Shown here one piece after another: positions 12,765-23,165 of a DNA stretch of 64,000 nt. The position numbers and the translations under genes were made by a program. A model generated the notes under the pieces. That model ran no database searches. It had not been told where the DNA came from and saw only the letters and a program-made list of their open reading frames with translations. The stretch lies in the sequence record OU509535.1; one strand, written 5' to 3'. Each line of letters begins with the position of its first letter. The stretch's first letter is position 1.

Positions 12765-13682
12765 ATGCCTAGTAAGAGTCAATCACAAGCACGATTATTT
12801 GCAGCAATGGCACATGATCCAGAAATTGCAAAACAACATGGTGTTTCTATGAGTACAGCAAAAGAATGGAATAAATCAGATGTAGAAATGGGTAATCTAA
12901 ATAAGAGTTCTAAATTACCAAAGCATACAAAGAAAGAAAAGACTGAAGAAAGTTCTACTCGTGATATTCTGGATTATCTCAATAATCTGGAATTACAGGA
13001 CGAAATAGAACAAGAAGAGAAAGCGGTACAGTACAGTACAGAACGCTCTAGAATGCATCAAGAAGGCTGTCAGTGCGACGATTGTTCCAATAATGAGCAC
13101 CACTATTACCCTGATGTACAACACGCCCAGGATTGCTCCTGTGATGATTGTGCTTCACATGTTGAGTTACAGGAAATGCCACAGAGATTTGATGCATTTG
13201 CTGGACAAGACCGAGATGAATTCGTTGATAAAACCGCTGAAATGACAGGCAGACACAACATGGTTCCATTTGCTGAACATGCTGATTATACTGTGTATAA
13301 AAATAAAAACGGTTCAGGGTTTATTGCTTATGGTAAAGATGGTAAACAGCTTGCAGTACTTAGTGGGTATGTGAGTGATAATGCAGTACATGGAGTACCA
13401 AATGTATTTGTTGAAGAAGCAATTGCATCCAAGACTGGTACTAAGGGTGTAATTTATACTATTTTCACTGATCTGTTAAATGCAGGATATAAAATTTTAA
13501 GTGATGAATTACATTCAGATGATGCAATTGCTTTTTGGTCTAAATTGATTTCATCTCATCAAGTATATGTGGTTGGTGACGGCGAAGTACTGGCTCGTGC
13601 TAATACTCAAAAATTACACAAGTATTGGAGTTCAGATGAAACAAGTCCAAGTGCAGAATTACGTTTATTACTAGTAAAATAA
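12765..13682 (+). CDS. putative internal head protein with C-terminal GNAT-like region
   Basis: MPSKSQSQARLFAAMAHDP N-terminus, Glu-rich linker, duplicated CxCDDC, ILSDELHSDDAIAFWSKL. Confidence 0.45.
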   Translation: MPSKSQSQARLFAAMAHDPEIAKQHGVSMSTAKEWNKSDVEMGNLNKSSKLPKHTKKEKTEESSTRDILDYLNNLELQDEIEQEEKAVQYSTERSRMHQEGCQCDDCSNNEHHYYPDVQHAQDCSCDDCASHVELQEMPQRFDAFAGQDRDEFVDKTAEMTGRHNMVPFAEHADYTVYKNKNGSGFIAYGKDGKQLAVLSGYVSDNAVHGVPNVFVEEAIASKTGTKGVIYTIFTDLLNAGYKILSDELHSDDAIAFWSKLISSHQVYVVGDGEVLARANTQKLHKYWSSDETSPSAELRLLLVK

Positions 13683-13779
13683 AAAATGGGAGCTTATGCT
13701 CCCATAAATATTTTTGAACAAAAACATTAAAATCAACTATAATTTATACGTTATAACAAAGATACAAAAGGATTTAATA

Positions 13780-15747
13780 ATGGCTAAGAAACAAGAAAGT
13801 TCAGTACTTCAAGAACATGATGTACAACGCCTTAATGATTATCAACATGCTCGTCTACGCAGTGAAATGTACTTAGGTTCAAGAAGTATCCATGAAAGTC
13901 AAGTTCTCATTTTTGGGGAAAATTCATACCAAGTTACTAACATGGAATGGGTGCCTGCATTACTCACTGCATGTCGTGAATTATGGGATAATTCACTTGA
14001 TGAGTTTAAAAAAGCCGGTACTAAAGAACCGGTACTTAAAATTGAATTTGATGAAAATGAATTAACATTCAGTTGTATTGATAATGGACGCGGTATTCCG
14101 ATTGATTATGTTCCAGATTTCAATACTAATCTCTGTACTATGGTAATGACTGAAACAAAGACTGGCAGAAACTTTGATGATTCAAAGCGTGATGAAACTA
14201 TTGGTCAAAATGGTCTTGGTGGATCCGTGGCAATGCTTGTAAGTTCTAAAGCTGAAATGGAAATACATCGAAAAGGTCGTCCATATAAAACATCAGTGTC
14301 CAATGATTCATATGATGGATTTTATAAATTCAGTCAAAATTTTAAAGAAGGTACTGAATTTATTCCAGAAATTCAAATTTCTGAACCAGTAATTAGAAAA
14401 ATTAGTTCTGATAAAACAGGAACAAGTATTAGACTAACATTTAGTCCTTCTGTATTTCCTAACAGAAAATTACCAATTGAACTGTTGTATAGCATTCTTA
14501 AAGAAATGGCATCAGCAAATCCAACATATAAAATCTTTTTGAATAATAAACGAATTAATGTTAAACCAACTCCAGAAAAAACATTATTTAATGCATCTAA
14601 ACTAATGCAACTAAATGTTAACGATGAATCTTTTAACTTTAACAGTACTTTTTATATTATTCCAAATGCTGTTAATAATATGAATACTAATTTTCATATG
14701 CATGGTTTAGTTAATAATGCACCAGCGTTCGATGGTGGTACTCATCTAGATACATTCAAGAAACATTTTTCACTTGGTATTGCTAATGCTCTTGAAAAAG
14801 AAGCGAAGAAGCGTAAGATGAAGCCAAACCGTTCAGATATTGAAGAAGGGCTTCTGATTTATAATGTAACTACAATGAAAGCACCTTCATTCAATTCACA
14901 AATTAAATCCAAATTAACTAACGAAAATGTAGTTAAACCAATTCAACAAGCAATGAGTACTGAATGGTTCGAAGAATTAGTTAAAAAGAATAAAGATTGG
15001 GTTGATGAAATATTTGAACGTTGTGCTGCACGTACAAATAAAAAAGATGCAGAAGAAGATCGTCGTCTTGCTAAAAAACTTCTTAAAGGTAAAGTTGCCA
15101 AACTACTTGATTCAGTTGGTACTGATCGTTCCAAATGTATTCTAATGTTGGCAGAAGGTGATTCTGCTATTTCTAACATGGCTAGTGCTCGTGATCCTAA
15201 TATTCATGGTATCTTACCTTTACGTGGTAAAATTATGAATGTGAGTGGTGAAGAGAAAACAAAAGAATTAATGGATTCTGATGCATTGCATGATATCATG
15301 GCTAGTATTAACCTAGTTCCAGGTGTGAAGGCAAATCGTGATGAATTGAGTTTTGGTAAATTATACATAGCAACGGATGAAGATACTGACGGCCTTAATA
15401 TAGCCGCATTGATTTGTAATTTTCTTTATAAATTCTGGCCTGAACTATTTCAGGATGCCGATAATCCGTTTGTGTATGTATTCAAAACTCCATTTATTAT
15501 CCTGGAGAAAGGGAAAGAATCAAAATACTTCTATGGTTATAATGTTTCTGAATACAATCCTGAAGATTGGAAGGGTTGGAAAGCCACACGTGCAAAAGGA
15601 TTAGGAACATTGGAAAAGAGTAATTTCAGAGACGCATTCACCAATAGTGTAGCGGTTGCAATTACCGATGATGGTAATTTAGGTGAAACTCTGGATTTGA
15701 TATTCAATAAAAAGAGAGCAGATGATCGCAAAGCATGGATGGCTTAG
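13780..15747 (+). CDS. DNA topoisomerase II ATPase/TOPRIM subunit (gp39+60/GyrB-like)
   Basis: ELWDNSLDE, DNGRGIP, GQNGLGG, LAEGDSA, PLRGKIMN, TDEDTDG, KGLG. Confidence 0.95.
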   Translation: MAKKQESSVLQEHDVQRLNDYQHARLRSEMYLGSRSIHESQVLIFGENSYQVTNMEWVPALLTACRELWDNSLDEFKKAGTKEPVLKIEFDENELTFSCIDNGRGIPIDYVPDFNTNLCTMVMTETKTGRNFDDSKRDETIGQNGLGGSVAMLVSSKAEMEIHRKGRPYKTSVSNDSYDGFYKFSQNFKEGTEFIPEIQISEPVIRKISSDKTGTSIRLTFSPSVFPNRKLPIELLYSILKEMASANPTYKIFLNNKRINVKPTPEKTLFNASKLMQLNVNDESFNFNSTFYIIPNAVNNMNTNFHMHGLVNNAPAFDGGTHLDTFKKHFSLGIANALEKEAKKRKMKPNRSDIEEGLLIYNVTTMKAPSFNSQIKSKLTNENVVKPIQQAMSTEWFEELVKKNKDWVDEIFERCAARTNKKDAEEDRRLAKKLLKGKVAKLLDSVGTDRSKCILMLAEGDSAISNMASARDPNIHGILPLRGKIMNVSGEEKTKELMDSDALHDIMASINLVPGVKANRDELSFGKLYIATDEDTDGLNIAALICNFLYKFWPELFQDADNPFVYVFKTPFIILEKGKESKYFYGYNVSEYNPEDWKGWKATRAKGLGTLEKSNFRDAFTNSVAVAITDDGNLGETLDLIFNKKRADDRKAWMA

Positions 15748-15750
15748 GAT

Positions 15751-17461
15751 ATGAAACATGATGAAGTAGTTAGTATAATTAAAAAATTTGCCAATGAAGT
15801 CAAGTCCAATGGGGAATCAGTACTAAAGCAAATTAAAAAGATGGATAGATATGAAGAAGTTATTTCATATCTAAAAAGCTATTATGGTGACTATGATATT
15901 AAAGTTCTAATTGGTTCAGTACTAAATGATTTAGATACCATTCCCATTGCTGCTTGTGGGAATGTATGTAGATTTGATGGATTAAAATTGAGGTACGTAT
16001 GTACCTCATATAAAATGAACAAAGAAGAAACATGTCCTGAGTGTCATATTAAATTAAAAGAAATAATGAACAACAACAGAATGCAATCTGTGGAAATGAA
16101 GTACGGTACTCCATATATATCTAAAGTTCCAGAATTTAGAGAGAAAGCAAAAAATACAATGTTTAATGAGTATGGTGTATATAATATTTCTAATTTGGAT
16201 TCTGTGAAAAAGAAAAAAAGTGATAATTATCACAATAAAAGTTTAGAAGAAAAAGAACGTATTAAAGAAAAAAATAAGAAAAAAGTAATACAGACATATG
16301 GTGTTGATAACGTATCTAAATCTGAAATTGTAAAACAAAAGAAACTTGGTAATAAAAATCCATTCAATAATAGTACTTTTAAAATTAAAAATATCATTAA
16401 TACAACCAAACGAAGATATAATAGCATAACAGACTATTTAAAAACCAATGATAAACCATATACACTAACTTACATGCCATTTGCATATAAAGATGACCAT
16501 GTATTTCAATGTAAGTGTGGTGAAATTATAAGTTGTAAAATACAATCGTTTGATACAATACGTTGTTATAAATGTTTCCCATTGGAAGTAAGTTCTGGTG
16601 AACTTTGGTTGAGACAAGAAATTGAAAATATTATAAGTAATACATCAACAAGTACTGAAATGTTATTAAATCAAAGGTATGATTTTATTGATAACATAGA
16701 AATTGATATATACTTACCTGAATTGAAAATAGGTTTTGAATTCAATGGTTCGTACTGGCATAATGATGAACACAAAGATAAGTACTATCATCAGAAGAAA
16801 TCGATTTCTGCAAAAAACAATGGTATCAATTTAATACATATCCATGAATCTGATTATAATAAAATAAAAGATAAAATTGTAATGAGATTAAAACATGTAT
16901 TAAACAAAAATGATAAAACAATTTATGCAAGAAAATGTATTGTAAAAGAAGTATCATTTAAAGAAAGTGAAGTATTTTTGGATGAATATCATTTTCAACA
17001 ATCACGTGTATCAGGTATAAGAATTGGATTATATTATGATAATGAATTAGTAGCATTGGCTACGTATGGAAAATCCAGATATGACAAAAAATATGAATAT
17101 GAATTATTGAGATTCTGTACCAAGTATTCGGTACCGGGTGGATTTAGTAAAATAATGAAATACTTTGAGCAAACATACAACCCTAAATCATTGATGACAT
17201 ATGCCGATCTGGACTGGAGTAATGGTAATGTTTATGAAAAAAAATGGGTTTGAGTTTGTGAAATACACCGAACCAAGTTACTTTTACGTGGATAAATATC
17301 AAAATAAAATTTCAAGATATGATTGTCGTAAAACTGAATTATTAAAACTATATGATTGGGCTACCAATGATATGACGGAAACTGAAATCTGTAAAAAATT
17401 AAATTACAATAAAATATATTCATCTGGAAATATAGTTTATCGTAAAATATATAACAAATAA
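15751..17461 (+). pseudogene. freestanding homing-endonuclease-like gene (PD-(D/E)xK nuclease plus GNAT-like domain), split by a 1-nt frameshift
   Basis: repeated KYGxxxxS-type units, EIDIYLPELKIGFEFNGSYWH, ELLRFC..PGGFSK..TYADLDWS; A8 run at 17237-17244; A7 would join the frames as YEKNGFEF. Confidence 0.7.
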
Positions 17462-17476
17462 CAAAGAGGCAATGGA

Positions 17477-18883
17477 ATGGCTAAAAAAGAAAAAACTCAA
17501 GGTATTGATAATGCAACATTAACGCTATTAGATTACAACAGTTCTGAATATTTGAATAGCACTTCACTAGAATATTCAATGTATACATTAGATCGTGCTA
17601 TTCCCGGAATTGATGGTCTAAAGAGTTCACAACGAAAAGCAATTTTTACGCTAAGTAAAATATCAGGTGAAATTAAAACAGTATCATGTGCTGGTCGCAT
17701 GATTAGTGATGGTATCTATTTACATGGTGATTCATCTGCAAGTGGTACACTACAACAACTGGCATCACCTGTAGCAAACAATTATCCACTCATTGGTAAA
17801 CGTGGTGGTTTTGGTACACAGGTAAACAGTACACCAGCATCCCCGCGATACACATATGTGAAGAAGAACAAAAGTACCGAAGAATTAATTCTTCGTGATA
17901 TGGAAATTATTCCAATGCAAGAAAACTATGATGGTACCACTATGGAACCAACACATTTTCTTCCAATCATTCCATTATCGTTGTTTGGTAATGACAGTAT
18001 GTCGGTTGGTTATAAGAGTACAATTCTTCCTTATAAAATTAAAGATATTATTGATAACTGTATCCGTGTTATTGATAAAACTGAACTAAGAGAAATGATC
18101 CCATATTATGTATCAGTTGGTGCAAGCGAAACTGTAACTAAACTTGATGAAAACAAATATGAGTTCTATGGAACAGCAGAAGTTATTGATGCCAGTACCG
18201 TAAAAGTTACTGGATTGCCACCCAACTATAGCGTTGAAAAATTTGTTGAAAAATTAATTAAGATGGGTGATGATGGTGAAATTCGTGATTATGATAATGG
18301 TAGTACTGATACCATTGATATAACGATAAAATTACCACGTGGTACATCAAGCAAATGGACTGAAAAGGATGTGATTGATTATTTTGGTCTATCCAAGAAA
18401 ATTACACAAATTCTTACAGTACTCGATGCGAATGGTCGTGTTCGTGTATATGATAACACTTCTGACCTAATTAAAGATTTCGTCGAATTTCGTTTTGGCT
18501 ATTACATTAAACGTTATGAGAAAAAAGTTAAAGATTGTACTGAAGAAGTTATATATAAAATTCTAATTAAAGAATGCTTTGATAATGATATGATTGGTAA
18601 AGTTAAATCATTTAAGAATCGTGCTGAGTTAGTTGATTTTGTAACTAAACTCAATATTGATATTGGGGCAAGTGAAGATAATATTCAAAGCATAGTTAAT
18701 TATCCTTCTTATCGCTGGACACAAGAAAACTATAATGCAGTATTGAAAGATATTCAGGATAATATGGATTTAATTGATAAGTACAACGATTTACTTAATA
18801 ATAAAAATAAAATTTGGGATATCTACAAAGAAGAACTTAAAGAGCTTCGTAAGATTGATTTTACACCAAAACAAGAAAACTAA
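17477..18883 (+). CDS. DNA topoisomerase II breakage-reunion subunit (gp52/GyrA-like)
   Basis: RAIPGIDGLKSSQRK, YLHGDSS, FGT..PASPRYTY (catalytic Tyr), EP..FLPIIP. Confidence 0.95.
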   Translation: MAKKEKTQGIDNATLTLLDYNSSEYLNSTSLEYSMYTLDRAIPGIDGLKSSQRKAIFTLSKISGEIKTVSCAGRMISDGIYLHGDSSASGTLQQLASPVANNYPLIGKRGGFGTQVNSTPASPRYTYVKKNKSTEELILRDMEIIPMQENYDGTTMEPTHFLPIIPLSLFGNDSMSVGYKSTILPYKIKDIIDNCIRVIDKTELREMIPYYVSVGASETVTKLDENKYEFYGTAEVIDASTVKVTGLPPNYSVEKFVEKLIKMGDDGEIRDYDNGSTDTIDITIKLPRGTSSKWTEKDVIDYFGLSKKITQILTVLDANGRVRVYDNTSDLIKDFVEFRFGYYIKRYEKKVKDCTEEVIYKILIKECFDNDMIGKVKSFKNRAELVDFVTKLNIDIGASEDNIQSIVNYPSYRWTQENYNAVLKDIQDNMDLIDKYNDLLNNKNKIWDIYKEELKELRKIDFTPKQEN

Positions 18884-18892
18884 TAATAAAGA

Positions 18893-18929
18893 CTGGAGCA
18901 CATATAATAGTGCTCCTTTTTAGTAAATA
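18893..18929 (+). terminator. terminator followed by TAAATA (possible late promoter)
   Basis: ggagcac/gtgctcc plus T5; TAAATA 18924-18929 upstream of a virion-like gene. Confidence 0.6.
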
Positions 18930-18956
18930 CCCTATATAAAACGGGAGAAAAGAAGA

Positions 18957-21284
18957 ATGGAAAATTTTACTCCTTTATGGGATATAAAATCGGAATCTGA
19001 ATTTATTCAAGAGAGTGCTGACATATTAGTAACAACAAATATTAATAAAGATCCAGATGATAAAAACACTTCGTATGTTCTCAAGGACGGGGAATATATA
19101 CTAATTCAGTTTCTAATAGAAACAAAAAATAAAGATGATACCAGTTTTGTGGCAGAAGACCATTATACGTTGTATGCCGGTGAAGATGTTAATAATTTGA
19201 AAAACATAACCACTGGTATTACTAAAAATAAATCAATCGCAGGAAATCACTATGCTAAATTAACAAAAGAGCAATTTGATTTAATTGATGAAAATACATC
19301 ACCCATCTGGTATTTCAAATTACATTGTAAAAATAACGGAACATTTGATAGTATTGAAATTACTACATTTACAATAGTGAGTGTAACTCGCGTTTCTCCA
19401 TCTGATAGCATTACCATTGGTACAATTACAACCAGTTCACAATCTATCACTTATAACAGTACTGAATTTTGGGTAACTCCCGGTGTAGTTGTTGGTGATG
19501 ATAACAATAATTATTGTATAGGTGATATTAGTTTCGGTAATGATAGTACTCTGTTTGTACAGGCGTTTGGTCGTAAAGTACCAGGAACCACACCGAGAGT
19601 ATTTTATCCAATTTATCGTTTAATGTCTATTACAGAAGATGAATTACCACAAACTGATATTACTGGAAAGAGAGCAATTCTTTTTCCACAAAAAGAAGAA
19701 TTCCCAATTACTGGCAATAACAAAGAAGTGAAAGTGAACATTCTTGATGAAACAACAAAAACCTATGATACAGGTTTGGTGTTCAATCCAAATGGACAAT
19801 TCTTACAAGCATTTTTATATGATTCATCACCATATGATTTGTATTTTAAAGTTCAAATACAAGATATAGAAAGTTCGTATACTAATGATAGTGAGCGTTA
19901 TGCAATTTCACAAAGTTTTAAATCCGGTCAGATGTTTTTATGTCCAAGTGAATTTGATTTCATTTATTCAAACGATGTTCCAGTCGCTAATCATTTATAT
20001 CAGTTGAAATCTGGTGTTACTTACCCATATGTTGTTGACAGTGATACAGAAGACGGTTTGGAAAAACCCGTATTTAATAGTGATGACTGGGTTGATCTTG
20101 GTTTGTATGATAAAACACTGGGTACAGGGATTATTGGTGAAACAAAAATATTCAGAATGCTTGCAAACTCTGGTACTTCTGGTAAAATTAGTTTTATTAC
20201 TGATAGTGATTTGGGTACTATTCATGTAGGTGAATATTTTGGTCACAGTACTTATCCTGTTATTGAAACAGATTCTGAATTTAACGTATCTTTTAAAATA
20301 GTATCAGGTTCTGATATTACAAAATATGGACTTGAATTAAAACCAAATGGTTATTTATGTGGTACTGCGTATGCTAAAAGTACTGATTTCACTGCAAATG
20401 ATGATATCCCACTCGAATTTGAAGTTGAGGCTTATGATACTTCTGGTCTGAGAAATACAAAAACATTCCAATTAAGAATTATTCGTGGATTTGGAGAAAA
20501 CTATATAAGTTCACATTTAGTACCATCTGTACAATTCGAAAGAGAATGGTTTAAATGTATTAGTTCTACGATATTTGGTAATCAGCAATTATTCAGAATT
20601 TCTGACGAACGATATGGGTTACAAAAAGTTCCGCGTATTCTATTAAAAGAGAATTATGTTTCACAGGATTATAATTATAATACACTAAAAGAACTAAAAA
20701 GAGTACTAAGGAAAAATATTATTGATGAAAATAATATCCCACAAGGTACTTTCAATTTAGTAATGGGTAATTACAAAGTACTATCATGTCTTGACAATTT
20801 AGGAAATTTACAGTACGATTTATTATTCAGAGAAGTACACCCATCTGGTTCTATTATTTCAGTAAGTAATAATCCAAGAAGTTATTCGATTAAAAATTAT
20901 ACTTCTTTGACTGAAGTTTTTGGTTTAAGACAGAATTTGTTCAATGCTATTGGAGAAGACACTACCAATCTCATAACAGATCCAGATGATTTGAATAACA
21001 GGGGGTTATATGTAACGGGTTTGGACAGTTCACAAATGCTCGATACCGTTCCTCGTTTCATGAATCATCCATATGAAGGTGATGGTCTTAGTTCTGAATT
21101 CATGGTATTAATACCGGTTGCTTACTGTTTGCCGGGTAAAGGCGATGATTTGTTCTATAATCTCTATCAAAACAATGAGCACAAACTTATGGTAGGTACT
21201 GAATTTGAAGTTCCAGCAGTTGAATTTATTACTCATGTTGGCTATATGAAGGAAAAATTTCAAATTATTTTACAAAAATCTTAA
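18957..21284 (+). CDS. virion structural protein with Ig-like domain
   Basis: 775 aa, beta-rich; FKIVSGS...GLELKPNGYLCGT resembles putative Ig (He_PIG) repeats. Confidence 0.6.
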   Translation: MENFTPLWDIKSESEFIQESADILVTTNINKDPDDKNTSYVLKDGEYILIQFLIETKNKDDTSFVAEDHYTLYAGEDVNNLKNITTGITKNKSIAGNHYAKLTKEQFDLIDENTSPIWYFKLHCKNNGTFDSIEITTFTIVSVTRVSPSDSITIGTITTSSQSITYNSTEFWVTPGVVVGDDNNNYCIGDISFGNDSTLFVQAFGRKVPGTTPRVFYPIYRLMSITEDELPQTDITGKRAILFPQKEEFPITGNNKEVKVNILDETTKTYDTGLVFNPNGQFLQAFLYDSSPYDLYFKVQIQDIESSYTNDSERYAISQSFKSGQMFLCPSEFDFIYSNDVPVANHLYQLKSGVTYPYVVDSDTEDGLEKPVFNSDDWVDLGLYDKTLGTGIIGETKIFRMLANSGTSGKISFITDSDLGTIHVGEYFGHSTYPVIETDSEFNVSFKIVSGSDITKYGLELKPNGYLCGTAYAKSTDFTANDDIPLEFEVEAYDTSGLRNTKTFQLRIIRGFGENYISSHLVPSVQFEREWFKCISSTIFGNQQLFRISDERYGLQKVPRILLKENYVSQDYNYNTLKELKRVLRKNIIDENNIPQGTFNLVMGNYKVLSCLDNLGNLQYDLLFREVHPSGSIISVSNNPRSYSIKNYTSLTEVFGLRQNLFNAIGEDTTNLITDPDDLNNRGLYVTGLDSSQMLDTVPRFMNHPYEGDGLSSEFMVLIPVAYCLPGKGDDLFYNLYQNNEHKLMVGTEFEVPAVEFITHVGYMKEKFQIILQKS

Positions 21285-21297
21285 AAAGGAGTGTATA

Positions 21298-21606
21298 ATG
21301 TCTCATCCATTATTTGATGCCAGTGAATTTACAGATAAGGAATTATATGCTAAAATTAATGAGCAAATTTTACGTATAGCAAAAGCACGCTCGATTGGTA
21401 TGAGTGAATCAGTAATTAGTCAAATGCAGATGCTTTTGGATTCTTATTATACAGAAATTGAAAACAGATCAACCAAAAAGGTTATAAGTAAAATGGAAGA
21501 TTCAGATCCTTGTGTGTTTGATTTGAGTTCATATCTGGAAGACAACGACGGTGTGAAGAAGAAAAATGAAAGTACAGGGAAACAGATATATAAGTCCCAA
21601 TGGTGA
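21298..21606 (+). CDS. hypothetical protein
   Basis: AGGAG RBS. Confidence 0.8.
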   Translation: MSHPLFDASEFTDKELYAKINEQILRIAKARSIGMSESVISQMQMLLDSYYTEIENRSTKKVISKMEDSDPCVFDLSSYLEDNDGVKKKNESTGKQIYKSQW

Positions 21607-22084
21607 TGTTAAATGTAATCTAAATGCAGTAGTTTATGCCATTAATTGTGGTGCTGATATTCAGTACTTGCAATTAATGGATTTGGATGAAAGAGAAAGA
21701 TTACTTTTCAATGATAACTGTAAGAAGTTTGGTTTAGAACAACGTATGTTGGACTACACAATAGATCATGAACGTAATCATGAATTATGGTGCTATGATC
21801 CATTCTATGATAAAATCAACCTCAAAGAGTTCTTTTTGAGTAAATGTGAAACGCCAGAAGCAAGAGAGCGAGTTCTTTATGAACTGGAATTGTATGAATT
21901 TTACAATATGTCCAAATTACTTCGTTGTATGATTTGGTTGGTTGATTACTTTAAAGAAAATAATATCTTTTGGGGTTTGGGTCGTGGTAGTTCAGTATCA
22001 TCTTATTGTTTATTTTTGATTGGATTACATTTGGTGGATTCGTTGAAATACGATTTAGATGTTAATGAATTTTTGAAATATTGA
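21566..22084 (+). CDS. stand-alone DNA polymerase III alpha (DnaE)-like fragment
   Basis: RVLYELEL..YF..WGLGRGSSVSSYCLFLIGLHLVDSLKYDL matches the DnaE GxGRGS region; ends before the PDxDxD catalytic motif. Confidence 0.75.
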   Translation: MKVQGNRYISPNGDVKCNLNAVVYAINCGADIQYLQLMDLDERERLLFNDNCKKFGLEQRMLDYTIDHERNHELWCYDPFYDKINLKEFFLSKCETPEARERVLYELELYEFYNMSKLLRCMIWLVDYFKENNIFWGLGRGSSVSSYCLFLIGLHLVDSLKYDLDVNEFLKY

Positions 22085-22087
22085 TTT

Positions 22088-22116
22088 TTGAACAAAAATC
22101 ACAAAAATGATATAAT
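22088..22116 (+). promoter_or_regulatory. sigma70-type promoter
   Basis: TTGAAC-17-TATAAT with extended TGn. Confidence 0.75.
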
Positions 22117-22148
22117 AAAGAAAACAGTTAATAAAAAGGATTTTTAAA

Positions 22149-22508
22149 ATGGTAAAGCACGTATCTTATCGTGGTAAAGTTGTTGATATGGAATTACTTA
22201 AATCACAAAACCAATATAAAGCTGCAATTGGTAATGCACAACTAAATGCTCGCGGCGATAAAATTGGTCGAGGTGGTACGGTCATTAAAACGCGTGAACA
22301 ATTGATGCAAGAACGTGAAGCTGCACTACAGGTTCCTGATTTTATTCCAGTACAGAATTCTTCCAGTACTGAATATTCAACTGAATGGGATGATTCACAA
22401 TTTAATGCATTTCCTGACATTACGGAATCACCACAAGAAGCACCAGCAGAAGTTCAGACGAAAAAAGCTGCACCACGTAGGACAAAAAAGGGTTCAAGTA
22501 ATGAGTGA
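22149..22508 (+). CDS. hypothetical protein
   Basis: AAGGA RBS; downstream of promoter. Confidence 0.8.
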   Translation: MVKHVSYRGKVVDMELLKSQNQYKAAIGNAQLNARGDKIGRGGTVIKTREQLMQEREAALQVPDFIPVQNSSSTEYSTEWDDSQFNAFPDITESPQEAPAEVQTKKAAPRRTKKGSSNE

Positions 22509-22833
22509 TAAAGTATTGAAAGCATGTAGAGGTAAAGTACTCGTAACTGATTTGGAAGTAGGTGAGCGAGTAACAAATGGTGGTATTGTTTTAACTAATG
22601 ACAACGGTCGCAGTCGAGGTATTCGTTCCCGATGGGCTAAAGTTTATTCAATTGGTGAAGGTGTAACTGGTATTGAAGAAGGTCAATGGATTTTAATTGA
22701 TCATGGTCGATGGAGCCGCACTATTGAAGTTGACGGTATTAAACTAAATCTAGTTGATTATCCAGCTTCAGTGATGTTAGTGTCAGATGACGACCCACGC
22801 CAGCGTTGCACTTCATTTAGTTATTTTTCTTAA
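22501..22833 (+). CDS. groES: GroES-like co-chaperonin
   Basis: LKACRGKVLV..RVTNGGIVL..AKVYSIGEGV..GQWILI. Confidence 0.85.
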   Translation: MSDKVLKACRGKVLVTDLEVGERVTNGGIVLTNDNGRSRGIRSRWAKVYSIGEGVTGIEEGQWILIDHGRWSRTIEVDGIKLNLVDYPASVMLVSDDDPRQRCTSFSYFS

Positions 22834-22884
22834 TATTATTAAAAGTCCAGAATATTCTGGACTTTATTTTTTAATGAGGAAAAT

Positions 22885-23154
22885 ATGATAACACCAGAAG
22901 GACAATTCAGCTTCAAAGATATTATATTAGTGTCAAAGAATAATAGATTTATGCTGGAAGACAGAAAAAGAAAAAACAAAGTATATGAAGTACAACACGA
23001 TACTTTTAAAACTATGTTAGTACTTGCTGCACAAGCAAAGGGGAGAGGATTTACTAAAAAAGTAAATTCATTTGAGTTTTTATATAACCAATTAGAAGTT
23101 ACAGAAGATTTATTCACTGCATTAATGTATGATTTTACTGATTGGACTAATTAA
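22885..23154 (+). CDS. hypothetical protein
   Basis: GAGG RBS. Confidence 0.75.
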   Translation: MITPEGQFSFKDIILVSKNNRFMLEDRKRKNKVYEVQHDTFKTMLVLAAQAKGRGFTKKVNSFEFLYNQLEVTEDLFTALMYDFTDWTN

Positions 23155-23165
23155 AGGAAAAATAA

